A stretch of 64,000 nucleotides of DNA from Alphaproteobacteria bacterium (GTDB taxonomy: Bacteria; Pseudomonadota; Alphaproteobacteria; Micavibrionales; UBA2020). A program made the translations under genes and the position numbers. The first letter of the stretch is position 1, and every line of letters begins with the position of its first letter. Of the stretch, positions 9,829-17,505 are shown in pieces. The stretch spans positions 1,933,536 to 1,997,535 of the forward strand of contig OZ257145.1 in the NCBI GenBank assembly GCA_965279315.1. The letters run 5' to 3'. The notes under the pieces are model-generated. The model was given only the letters and a program-made list of their open reading frames with translations, was not told the DNA's origin and made no database searches.

Positions 9829-10397
9829 CCGCAAAATATCCTTTTTTCTGGTTTGTGCCTTATCCTCGCATGATGCAGGGTTATGGTCAAACAAGATTGA
9901 GATTATATAATAATTACAATGGCTTAAAATATACTCAAACCCTGTTTAAGTGTTTCGCCGGAAATCGGCGGCGCGATTTTTTAACCCGTTGATATATAAC
10001 GATTCTAAAAAGCCAAAATGCAAAATCATGATTCCAAAGCCCTTTGAATAATAACGGTTTTTTCGAATGCGCTATGTGCAAAAACCCCCGTAAAACCCCC
10101 CGTAAAACGGTGTCGGAAGGCCATGTCCGAAAATGGCTGGTTGCACCTATCAAGAGGGTGTTTATTTGACATAAACCACCGACTCGGGTAGTCTTTACTC
10201 CATGCCGAGTGCATCTACCAGGCCGGTTTTACCAGTGGCTCTGTTTCCCCGCCTGTTCTCCGCACGACCTGCAAAACAGCCATGTGTTGCCGCTCTTTAA
10301 AAAGCGGTTGAGGCAGGTCATATCGGAGAAAAATCATGGACACCAATCCATCTATATCACGACGCGCGCAATCCCTCGTCACGGGAGAGCAGGCATC

Positions 10398-11081
10398 ATG
10401 AGAACCGACGTCGAATACACGAATGGCGAAGACGAATACAGCGTCATGATCGTCTGGCACAAATGGCCGGATGAAAAAACGGTCACGGCGCTTGCCGCGA
10501 CATATCAGGGCGAGGATCTGGTGGCGCGGCTTGCCGCGCTTGGCAAGATCAAAACCATCGAGCGCACCCGCGACGGCGGCCGCAGCGACGGCCCGGGCGG
10601 CGAGCCCGCCGTGCAACGCTGGCACGATAACGGCCAGCCGGAGACGGAAGAACACTGGCGCAAGGGCAAGCAGCATGACGCGGCGGACGGCCGCCCCGCC
10701 AAACGCAGCTACACGCAAGACGGCGTGCTGCGCCATCAGTCGCGCTATAACAAGGGCATCCCCGAAGACAGCGCGAGCGGCGATCCCGCCGTGCAGATGT
10801 TCAACGCCGACGGCACGCGCTACCGCATCGACCGTTTCCGCCGCGGCAAGCACAATGACGGCGCAGACGGATCGCCCGCCCAGCAATTTTTCAGCGCCGC
10901 CGGCCAGCTGCAGCGCAGCGAACGCATGGTCGACGGCAAAATGCAGGACACCCCCGACGGCCGCCCCGCGCTCGAGGAATTCAACGCCGCCGGTCTGCGC
11001 ATCCACGCGGAATGCTATACAAATGACGAGCGCACGAAAGTCATCCCCGCATCCCCCACGCCCGGCAGGCAATGCCCATGA
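10398..11081 (+). CDS. Tandem-repeat protein (five exact 30-aa periods, G-x-P-A .. G-K-x-x-D)
   Basis: ORF 10209..11081 trimmed to Met64, with RBS GGGAGAG 8 nt upstream. GEPA/GRPA/GDPA/GSPA/GRPA recur every 30 aa. The frame has high GC3 and a protein-like composition, unlike the two overlapping ORFs (10215..11072 minus, 10471..11289 plus). Confidence 0.65.
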   Translation: MRTDVEYTNGEDEYSVMIVWHKWPDEKTVTALAATYQGEDLVARLAALGKIKTIERTRDGGRSDGPGGEPAVQRWHDNGQPETEEHWRKGKQHDAADGRPAKRSYTQDGVLRHQSRYNKGIPEDSASGDPAVQMFNADGTRYRIDRFRRGKHNDGADGSPAQQFFSAAGQLQRSERMVDGKMQDTPDGRPALEEFNAAGLRIHAECYTNDERTKVIPASPTPGRQCP

Positions 11082-11111
11082 AGCATTTCAAGATTTAAAT
11101 TATCCCGCCTT

Positions 11112-11170
11112 TCTCCTCTCCTTTGGGAGAGGAGATGTCGCGTCAGCGACAGAGGTGAGGGTACTTGGTC
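11112..11170. repeat. Type-2 repeat, single half-unit
   Basis: TCTCCTCTCCTTTGGGAGAGGAGATGTCGCGTCAGCGACAGAGGTGAGGGTACTTGGTC. This is the reverse complement of 5595..5653 with only a few differences. Confidence 0.85.
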
Positions 11171-11346
11171 GGCATACGCGCCATGATATCGCGCATGTGT
11201 CCCCGTATATCCCGCTGTGTCACATGATGCGGCACATCCACCGCGACTACCCTTGTCTTTCGCGCCATGCGGCGCGTATAAATGAATAATGATAGTCACT
11301 CGATATAAGTGTGTGTCACCAGATATTCTTAAGTAATTAGGTAAAA

Positions 11347-12042
11347 ATGAAAAAATTTGGAATTATATTCTCGATTCTGATGGTTGTGTGTATCGTCTAC
11401 ACGTTTTTTATTATGAATGATGGCGAAAAATCAGGTTATCCATCCCAAGGTGGGCACGTTAATGCTCTTTCATATTTTAATACAGTAACCGTAGATGTCT
11501 TTATTGTTGAGCTTTCTCCGCATAGCGCTCCGGATATTAACGGCAGGCCTGAGAAAAGCAATCAAGCGGATAGTCTATCTTTTAAAAATGCGGTTATCGA
11601 AGCTGCGCGAGAAAAGTTCGGCACTGATAATATTTTAATTGGTGGATATGAAGATCCTTATACGTTTTTATCTAATCCGTTCAATCTCGCCATTAAATTA
11701 TACGTTTCTCGTGATTTGAGTGAAGACAGGGTTAATTACCAGCTAAAAATCATCCGCTCGAATTTGTTTTCAATATTTCTGCGTGGACTGGCATCCGAAA
11801 AAGCGATGTCTGAATACAATAGCGTATCCCCAGCTCTTGCGAATGAGATATTGAAAACTGAAAATCCCTTCGTTTATTGGGAAAAAAATGCTTATTTTCG
11901 GACGCAAACATATGATCCCAGGAAAATTGATAATGAAGATTGGCATGAGTTGTCCAAATTAGTTGTCGAAAAAATGGATCCCAAATTTCTAGAAACCCGC
12001 AACCTAGAAAACGCAATTTTGAATAAAGCCGCGCAGAAGTAG
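11347..12042 (+). CDS. Hypothetical membrane-anchored protein (AT-rich island)
   Basis: N-terminal TM helix FGIIFSILMVVCIVYTFFIM. Codon usage is AT-rich, unlike the flanking genes. No family recognised. Confidence 0.6.
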   Translation: MKKFGIIFSILMVVCIVYTFFIMNDGEKSGYPSQGGHVNALSYFNTVTVDVFIVELSPHSAPDINGRPEKSNQADSLSFKNAVIEAAREKFGTDNILIGGYEDPYTFLSNPFNLAIKLYVSRDLSEDRVNYQLKIIRSNLFSIFLRGLASEKAMSEYNSVSPALANEILKTENPFVYWEKNAYFRTQTYDPRKIDNEDWHELSKLVVEKMDPKFLETRNLENAILNKAAQK

Positions 12043-12099
12043 AGGCATTATATCCACAGATTATAATATTTTTTTTTGCTAGCCGGGAGGAGATATTCC

Positions 12100-12834
12100 T
12101 TAAAATGTTTCTTTTTTAAACTCATACATGCCGAGGTTCTCATACCACTTACTACCGCTATGATTGCCTCCGCCAAGATTTTTACCACCTATCGTTTTCA
12201 ACCATGGAAGATATTTTTCAATACCAAAAGTGACAGGCTCGTCGGTTGTCTCAAGAACGACTGATTTTATCGCGACGCCCGCACCGAAAGCTTCTTCAAA
12301 CGATACAACAGGAATTCCGGGATGTTTTTCTTGAAAGCTCTCCATATCTGCTGGAAACCTGACATTTTCAATCGTCACTGGATTGTTTATATCGCGAAAA
12401 CGCGCAAAATATGGGTACTGCCCTGTGGTTAAAGTGGCTTTAGCGTTTTTAAGCTTGCTGTAATGCTTTATTCCTTTGGCGGTTAACGGTTCATCGAACG
12501 GAAAAACATCAAAAACGATAGTTTTGGCATAGTCTCCATGCGTAAGCAGGAAAAGCAAGCCACGCTTTCCGAGGTCTATAACAACGGCCTCGCCTATGAA
12601 ATCTATACTTGGGCTCATTTCGGGCAATAGTTTAATGCCATTCAGCACGCGGACTTCACGCACAGCGGAGCCTGTCTTCAAACCTTCCGGAGTCTCCACC
12701 GTTACGGTCAGTTTGTAACGCCATTTACTGCCTGAGGCCATATCCTGCATATACGACATGCAGCCGGAAAATATGAAGACTCCCAGCACAGCGAGACAAA
12801 TATTTCTGAATTTTTTGAAGTTATCTTCGGTCAT
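12100..12834 (-). CDS. Hypothetical lipoprotein, island paralog A
   Basis: Lipobox ..LGVFIFSGC. It shares blocks with 12902..13666: WRYKLTVTVETPEGLKTGSAVREV vs WHYRMTVSVDTPEGIRTGSVVRKV, GEAVVIDLGKRGLLF vs GEAAIVDLGERGVLF, and VVSFEEAFGAGVAIKSVVLETTDEPVT..YLPWL vs IISFEQAFGSNVKISQITIEITKDPVT..FLPWL. Confidence 0.7.
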   Translation of the reverse strand: MTEDNFKKFRNICLAVLGVFIFSGCMSYMQDMASGSKWRYKLTVTVETPEGLKTGSAVREVRVLNGIKLLPEMSPSIDFIGEAVVIDLGKRGLLFLLTHGDYAKTIVFDVFPFDEPLTAKGIKHYSKLKNAKATLTTGQYPYFARFRDINNPVTIENVRFPADMESFQEKHPGIPVVSFEEAFGAGVAIKSVVLETTDEPVTFGIEKYLPWLKTIGGKNLGGGNHSGSKWYENLGMYEFKKETF

Positions 12835-12901
12835 AGAATTTCTCCCTCGATATCGCCCGGATTTGCCGGATATAACAAATGGGTATCTCCAACGGCCATT
12901 T

Positions 12902-13666
12902 TTAAAAATTCCCGTATGAAAAATCAGTTCCGTCTATATAAAGCCCCGTCGGATCGATGTCAGGTTTCGCAGGATCGCTTCCGAACGGACCCTTCTCTTG
13001 GCTTCTCTTTGCCAGCCAAGGCAAAAAATCGTCTATTTTTCTTGTGACTGGATCTTTGGTAATTTCGATCGTAATTTGTGAAATCTTGACATTGCTTCCG
13101 AATGCTTGTTCGAAAGAAATAATGTCGCCTTTCGGCATCGCTTGTTTCAATACATCTATAGCGGGCTTGTCCGCAACGCGCTGTATGGTTTTCGGGTCAT
13201 CCAGGTTACGGAAGCGTAGAAATTCAGGGTATAAACCCTGCTTTAGCTGAACGCTTCCCTGATCGGGAACAGCATCTATCCTCAGGCCAGAAGACCCTTC
13301 TTTATCAAATGCCCTTACTAATAAATCGGCACATGAATAGCCTCCCGTCGAAGCAAACAAAACACCACGTTCGCCGAGATCGACGATAGCTGCCTCGCCT
13401 GCGCATTCAAGATCGACGCCCGAGCCCCCGCCGCCCGCTGTGTCTCCACCGTAAATCACTTTACGAACAACAGATCCAGTCCTGATCCCTTCGGGCGTAT
13501 CTACACTCACTGTCATACGATAATGCCATATTTTTTTAGAAGCCTCCGAAAAAGGGTCATCTATAAATTGGCTTATGCGGTGAACTGGACGCCACAAAAT
13601 AAAAAGGCATATTATAAACAAAAAGATAAATTTCTTTTTTATTCTCACTTGTCTCTCCATGGCCAT
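12902..13666 (-). CDS. Hypothetical signal-anchored protein, island paralog B
   Basis: N-terminal hydrophobic helix FIFLFIICLFILW. It is a paralog of 12100..12834 (blocks listed under that feature). Confidence 0.7.
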   Translation of the reverse strand: MAMERQVRIKKKFIFLFIICLFILWRPVHRISQFIDDPFSEASKKIWHYRMTVSVDTPEGIRTGSVVRKVIYGGDTAGGGGSGVDLECAGEAAIVDLGERGVLFASTGGYSCADLLVRAFDKEGSSGLRIDAVPDQGSVQLKQGLYPEFLRFRNLDDPKTIQRVADKPAIDVLKQAMPKGDIISFEQAFGSNVKISQITIEITKDPVTRKIDDFLPWLAKRSQEKGPFGSDPAKPDIDPTGLYIDGTDFSYGNF

Positions 13667-13948
13667 GCTTCATTTATTATATCCCGCCTGTATCCAGCTT
13701 GAAAGACGAAGATGCATGCGGCACAGCGCACGATTTGATTTGAATAATTGCGGATATAGGGGGTATGCCACCAGAAATTTCCACCATCCCCCAGCCATCC
13801 ACAGCGGCAGCAACTCTGGCATATAATTTGTCAGTGAATCCGGGTGCGGAAGAGAGAGATTAAGCGCGAAACGTTTTTTGTTGGCATGGAAGTCTTCATG
13901 TGGCATGTTTCAACAACGAAAAAACAAACACATCAGAGGGGAATATCC

Positions 13949-14719
13949 ATGAAATCCACGCTTCGCGCGCTTGCCGTCACTGCCGTTCTTGCAACCCTGA
14001 TGGGCGCTGCGCCTGCGCTGGCCGATTGCGGCGGGCTGCCGGGGCAGGACGCGCTGAAAACCGCGCTGACCGATGCGCGCAAGGCGAATAACGGCGGCCT
14101 CAACCTTGATATGTGGGCGACGGTCGTTGACCGCGCGGGCATCGTTTGCGCGGTTGCGTATTCGGGTGACACCGTCGATGCGCAATGGCCGGGCAGCCGC
14201 GCGATTTCGGCGCAGAAGGCGAACACCGCGAACGCATTCAGCCTCAAGGGCCTCGCGCTCTCGACCGCGAACCTTTATTCGGCGACGCAGCCGGGCGGTT
14301 CGCTGTTCGGTTTGCAGGAAAGCAACCCCGTCAACGTGAAGGCGGCCTATGCCGGTGACACCGCCGATTACGGCACGGCGGCGGATGCGCTGAAGGGCGA
14401 AAAGATCGGCGGCGTGAACGTGTTCGGCGGTGGGCTTGCATTGTATAACGACAAGGGCGAGATTTTGGGCGGCCTCGGCGTGTCGGGCGACACGTCCTGC
14501 GCGGACCACAACATCGCATGGCGCGCGCGCAACGCGCTGAAGCTGGACTTCGTGCCGGCGGGCGTGTCGAAAGACAAGAACGACAACATCATCTATGACG
14601 TGAAATCAGGCCACAGCGCCGGCGGCTTCGGCCACCCCACCTGCGGCGGCAAGGAAGCGGATGTCGCAAAGACACTCCCTGCTTCGTCGAAAGTGGCTGC
14701 ACCTGCGAAAGCGGAGTGA
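13949..14719 (+). CDS. Secreted GlcG/HbpS-like (DUF336, heme-binding/degrading family) protein
   Basis: ORF trimmed to Met36, with RBS AGAGGGGA. Signal peptide MKSTLRALAVTAVLATLMGAAPALA. It contains GIVCAVAYSGD, SRAISAQKANTANAFS, GGLALY and ILGGLGVSGDTSCADHNIAWRA. Confidence 0.6.
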   Translation: MKSTLRALAVTAVLATLMGAAPALADCGGLPGQDALKTALTDARKANNGGLNLDMWATVVDRAGIVCAVAYSGDTVDAQWPGSRAISAQKANTANAFSLKGLALSTANLYSATQPGGSLFGLQESNPVNVKAAYAGDTADYGTAADALKGEKIGGVNVFGGGLALYNDKGEILGGLGVSGDTSCADHNIAWRARNALKLDFVPAGVSKDKNDNIIYDVKSGHSAGGFGHPTCGGKEADVAKTLPASSKVAAPAKAE

Positions 14720-14741
14720 GATTTTCTTTCTCGAAAAAAAA

Positions 14742-14769
14742 GGCTCTCCGCGAGGAGAGCCTTTTTTTT
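14742..14769 (+). terminator. Rho-independent terminator
   Basis: GGCTCTCC-GCGA-GGAGAGCC followed by TTTTTTTT, 23 nt after the stop at 14719. Confidence 0.8.
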
Positions 14770-14774
14770 ATGCC

Positions 14775-14854
14775 GTCGTCCCCGCGAAAGCGGGGATCCC
14801 GGCGGCCTTATGCGCCCTGCCTATCCATGAGATCCCCGCTTTCGCGGGGATGAC
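14775..14854. repeat. REP/MITE-like double-hairpin element (80 bp)
   Basis: GTCGTCCCCGCGAAAGCGGGGATC, a 32-nt spacer, then GATCCCCGCTTTCGCGGGGATGAC. It is inverted relative to the copy at 4857. Confidence 0.85.
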
Positions 14855-14866
14855 GGGTGAGGGGGA

Positions 14867-16087
14867 TTAGCGGCGCGGCGCGGGCGCGGCGGATTTGCGG
14901 CGGGCGAGGGATTCCTCGATTGCGTCGATGGCGGCGTTGAACAGGTCGGCCAGCGTCACGGGCTGCGGGCGGCGGCGCTTCACGCCGTCTTCGCGCGCGG
15001 CCTCCATCTCGTCCAGTTTCTTGCGGGCGAGGCGCAGGGCCTTGCCGTCCAGCGGCTTGTGCTTTTTGTCGGTCTCTTCGCGGATGCGGTCGAGGATCTC
15101 GCCGCGTTTTTTCAGGCCGGTGAATTTCAGCTCCGGCTCGTTCTCCAGCGCGGCGCGGAACAGTATCATCTGGTCATCGCGGTGCGTGACCTTGGTCAGC
15201 GCGATTTCGGCGAAGCTGACGGCCTGGTAATCCTGCAGGAAAACATCGCGCAGCTGGCGCGCGACCGCGGTATCGGGTTTTGCGAACAGTTCGGGCAGCA
15301 TGGCGGCGAATTCCACGATGCGCTGGTCATCCAGCAGCGTGGCGAGTCCGGTATACAGCACCACGCGCTGCTGCAGGTCGCGGGCGATCTTTTTCATCTC
15401 CTCCGCATGGTCGGCGGCGGCGAGCTCCGCGATGCGTTTCGGGTTCTGGTAGCTGTGCATTTCCGATGCGGGCGCGGTTTCGGATGCAAGCGTATTGCCC
15501 ATCCATTCCATCAGGCTGTCGACGTAATAGTGCCGTTCGCTTTGCAGCGCGGTGATGTCGTTCTGCGTATCGTGCCATTCCTGACGCTTGCGCTGGCGGG
15601 CGGCGTGGGGCGTTTCGACCGCTTCGGTCTTCTTTTCCAGCCAGCCGGGTTTCCACCACGGTGTTTTCGGCGCGGGTGCTTCGGGCTCCGGCGCGACGAT
15701 GGGGGCGGGGATCAAGCCGTCGGGCAGCGCGGGCGGCGCAGGCGGCGCGTCGAGGCGCGGCGGGAACAGCGGGTGGATTTTCGCAAGCGGGCTATCCGCG
15801 CCAAATGCCGCCCGCGCGCGCTCACCGAGGCCGCCGGTCGCCAGCACGATGCCCTGCACGTCGCCCAGCGTCGCCGCCATGAAAATCGCGTCACGCTCCA
15901 GCCCATAATCGATCAGGCGGGTGAGCCAGTGATGGGCGATGAAGACGAGGCTTTCCTGCTGCGCCAGCCATTCGCGCTTATGCGCCGCGTTCTCGTCCAG
16001 CGCGGCCATATAACCCGCAAGCGCGTTGCGGATATCGGCAAGCGCGGCGGCGTCTTGGGGCAGGGGTGCAGCGGGGGTGGCAGGCAT
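14867..16087 (-). CDS. Hypothetical protein (406 aa; Pro/Ala-rich linker and charged helical C-terminal half)
   Basis: Long ORF with high GC3 and a balanced composition. The antisense ORF 15059..16108 is Arg/Gly-rich. No family recognised. Confidence 0.65.
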   Translation of the reverse strand: MPATPAAPLPQDAAALADIRNALAGYMAALDENAAHKREWLAQQESLVFIAHHWLTRLIDYGLERDAIFMAATLGDVQGIVLATGGLGERARAAFGADSPLAKIHPLFPPRLDAPPAPPALPDGLIPAPIVAPEPEAPAPKTPWWKPGWLEKKTEAVETPHAARQRKRQEWHDTQNDITALQSERHYYVDSLMEWMGNTLASETAPASEMHSYQNPKRIAELAAADHAEEMKKIARDLQQRVVLYTGLATLLDDQRIVEFAAMLPELFAKPDTAVARQLRDVFLQDYQAVSFAEIALTKVTHRDDQMILFRAALENEPELKFTGLKKRGEILDRIREETDKKHKPLDGKALRLARKKLDEMEAAREDGVKRRRPQPVTLADLFNAAIDAIEESLARRKSAAPAPRR

Positions 16088-16177
16088 GGCGATCCGGTTC
16101 GGGGTTGATACCGGCGCAGATTAGCAGGCGTACACATCGTTATGCAAATTAAATGCGTGACTGGTAAAGACCTGAAT

Positions 16178-16345
16178 TTATTTGGTATTTGCCTGATTGT
16201 TGAGCAGCGGGCCGCTGATAATGCCCAGATCCGCCGCGATCATGGCTTCGTATTCGACAATCTCGTCCTCGGGGATTTGCGTTGGATGGGGGTGCGGGGC
16301 GGCGGCCTGCTTCGGGCGGTCGATCTTGATGTGCATTGTAGGCAT
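16178..16345 (-). CDS. Small hypothetical protein (55 aa)
   Basis: ORF trimmed to the Met that follows a strong RBS (GCGGAGGATTGCC-ATG). The sequence is MPTMHIKIDRPKQ..EDEIVEYEAMIAADLGIISGPLL. It lies 90 nt upstream of the 406-aa gene on the same strand. Confidence 0.35.
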   Translation of the reverse strand: MPTMHIKIDRPKQAAAPHPHPTQIPEDEIVEYEAMIAADLGIISGPLLNNQANTK

Positions 16346-16409
16346 GGCAATCCTCCGCAAGAATACGCCGGTCGCTAAAGCCTACGGCGCTGCGCCGCGA
16401 TAGTTCCCT

Positions 16410-16943
16410 TTAGCGGGTGTCGATGATGGTTGCCTGCTCGCCGGCTTCGGGGGCGGTGAAATGCTTGCGGATATCATGGAAGTTTTTCAGGTTGCGTTCG
16501 GCGGTAGGGCCGCGGCGTTGCGCGATGCGCGCCAGCAGCACGTCGTCCGGCGCGGTCACGTAATGATGCGCGCATTTGACGTTCCATTTTTGCGCCTGTG
16601 CGCGGGCATGGTCGCGCGATGCGCGGCTCCAGAAACCGAAATCGAGGATCACGCTGCGGCCGGTGGCGAGGATTTTTTCGGCATCGCGCCACAGCTGCGT
16701 CACGGCAGCGGCAAAGCACGCCTCCCATTCCTGCGCCAGTTTTTCGGGCGGAAAATTTGCGTCGCAATATTCATCGGCGTTCAGGCGCACAAAGCCCGTT
16801 TCGGCGGCAAGCTTTTTGGAATAGGTCGTTTTGCCCGCGCCCAGAAAACCCTGGATGATATAGAGCGTGGGGCGGCGGCGCAGGCGCGCCACGGCGAAGG
16901 CGAGGAGGAGGGCGATGCCGGTGACGACGAGGTTGGTAAACAT
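16410..16943 (-). CDS. Membrane-anchored P-loop kinase-like protein (AAA_33 / zeta-toxin-like NTPase fold)
   Basis: Trimmed to Met12. N-terminal TM helix FTNLVVTGIALLLAFAV, then Walker A GFLGAGKTT. Its size and layout match small nucleotide/sugar kinases. Confidence 0.6.
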   Translation of the reverse strand: MFTNLVVTGIALLLAFAVARLRRRPTLYIIQGFLGAGKTTYSKKLAAETGFVRLNADEYCDANFPPEKLAQEWEACFAAAVTQLWRDAEKILATGRSVILDFGFWSRASRDHARAQAQKWNVKCAHHYVTAPDDVLLARIAQRRGPTAERNLKNFHDIRKHFTAPEAGEQATIIDTR

Positions 16944-16950
16944 GGGCGGC

Positions 16951-17499
16951 TTAACGCCCGCCGCCGTCGACGGCATCCTTGCGGAAGGCGATGGCCATAG
17001 CGGGGTTGATGAGGTCGGCGCGGCGGTCGGGATGGTCGAATTTCACGTTCTTGCGGCGGCGGTCGGGGCCGGTGTAGTTGTCGGCCAGCACGAAGGCGCG
17101 CGGGTGTTCGACGATATGCTCGATCTTCTGCGACAAGGCGCGCGCGGTGAAGGGCTTCACAAGGTAATCCGACACGCCCGCATCGCGCGCCTTGATGACG
17201 CGGTTCTGGTGGCCCGACCCCGCCATCATCAGGATCGGCACGAAGGGGTTGGGCGACACGCTGTCGCGGCGCAGGCGCTTGGCGAAGGTGAGGCCGCGGT
17301 CGGGGTTCTGCAGCCAGTCGACGATCACAAGGTCGTGGTTGTCGGAGGCGAACTTGCCGAAGGCCTCGTCGACGCCATAGGCGGAATGGATGGATTTTTC
17401 GGGCACCGTGAAAAACGTCAGCACGCCCTTGACGAGGTCGAACAGGGGCGGCGAGGTTTCAACGACCAGGACCTTGACGTCCTTGAAATTATACGTCAT
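16951..17499 (-). CDS. Single-domain response regulator (CheY-like receiver with a C-terminal GPDRRR extension)
   Basis: VKVLVVETSPP..DLVIVDW..VPILMMAGSG..DYLVKPF, then YTGPDRRRKNV. It starts 6 nt after the cckA-like stop. Confidence 0.8.
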   Translation of the reverse strand: MTYNFKDVKVLVVETSPPLFDLVKGVLTFFTVPEKSIHSAYGVDEAFGKFASDNHDLVIVDWLQNPDRGLTFAKRLRRDSVSPNPFVPILMMAGSGHQNRVIKARDAGVSDYLVKPFTARALSQKIEHIVEHPRAFVLADNYTGPDRRRKNVKFDHPDRRADLINPAMAIAFRKDAVDGGGR

Positions 17500-17505
17500 G
17501 CGGGG

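Noticed and set aside
9829-10335. Whether the long intergenic region hides an SRP, 6S, tmRNA or other structured RNA, or a tRNA
   Set aside because: I could find no conserved SRP domain IV-like motif, no tRNA T-arm (GGTTCGAATCC-type with a paired stem), and no convincing terminator. Only a promoter-like pair and a weak 5-bp hairpin are present. An Infernal/Rfam scan would be needed to settle this.
10215-11289. Two alternative long ORFs over the repeat-protein gene (10215..11072 on the minus strand and 10471..11289 on the plus strand)
   Set aside because: Both are Ala/Arg/Pro-rich with no periodic structure. The frame called as the gene has the exact 30-aa periodicity, an RBS and high GC3.
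11290-13900. Prophage or integrative element interpretation of the AT-rich island
   Set aside because: There is no integrase, transposase, tRNA attachment site or phage gene. Only short flanking direct repeats are present, so it is reported as an island of unknown mobilisation mechanism rather than a defined mobile element.
13670-13906. 78-aa minus-strand ORF at the right edge of the island
   Set aside because: It lies in promoter-like AT-rich DNA, has no RBS, and overlaps the flanking direct-repeat motifs. It is probably non-coding.
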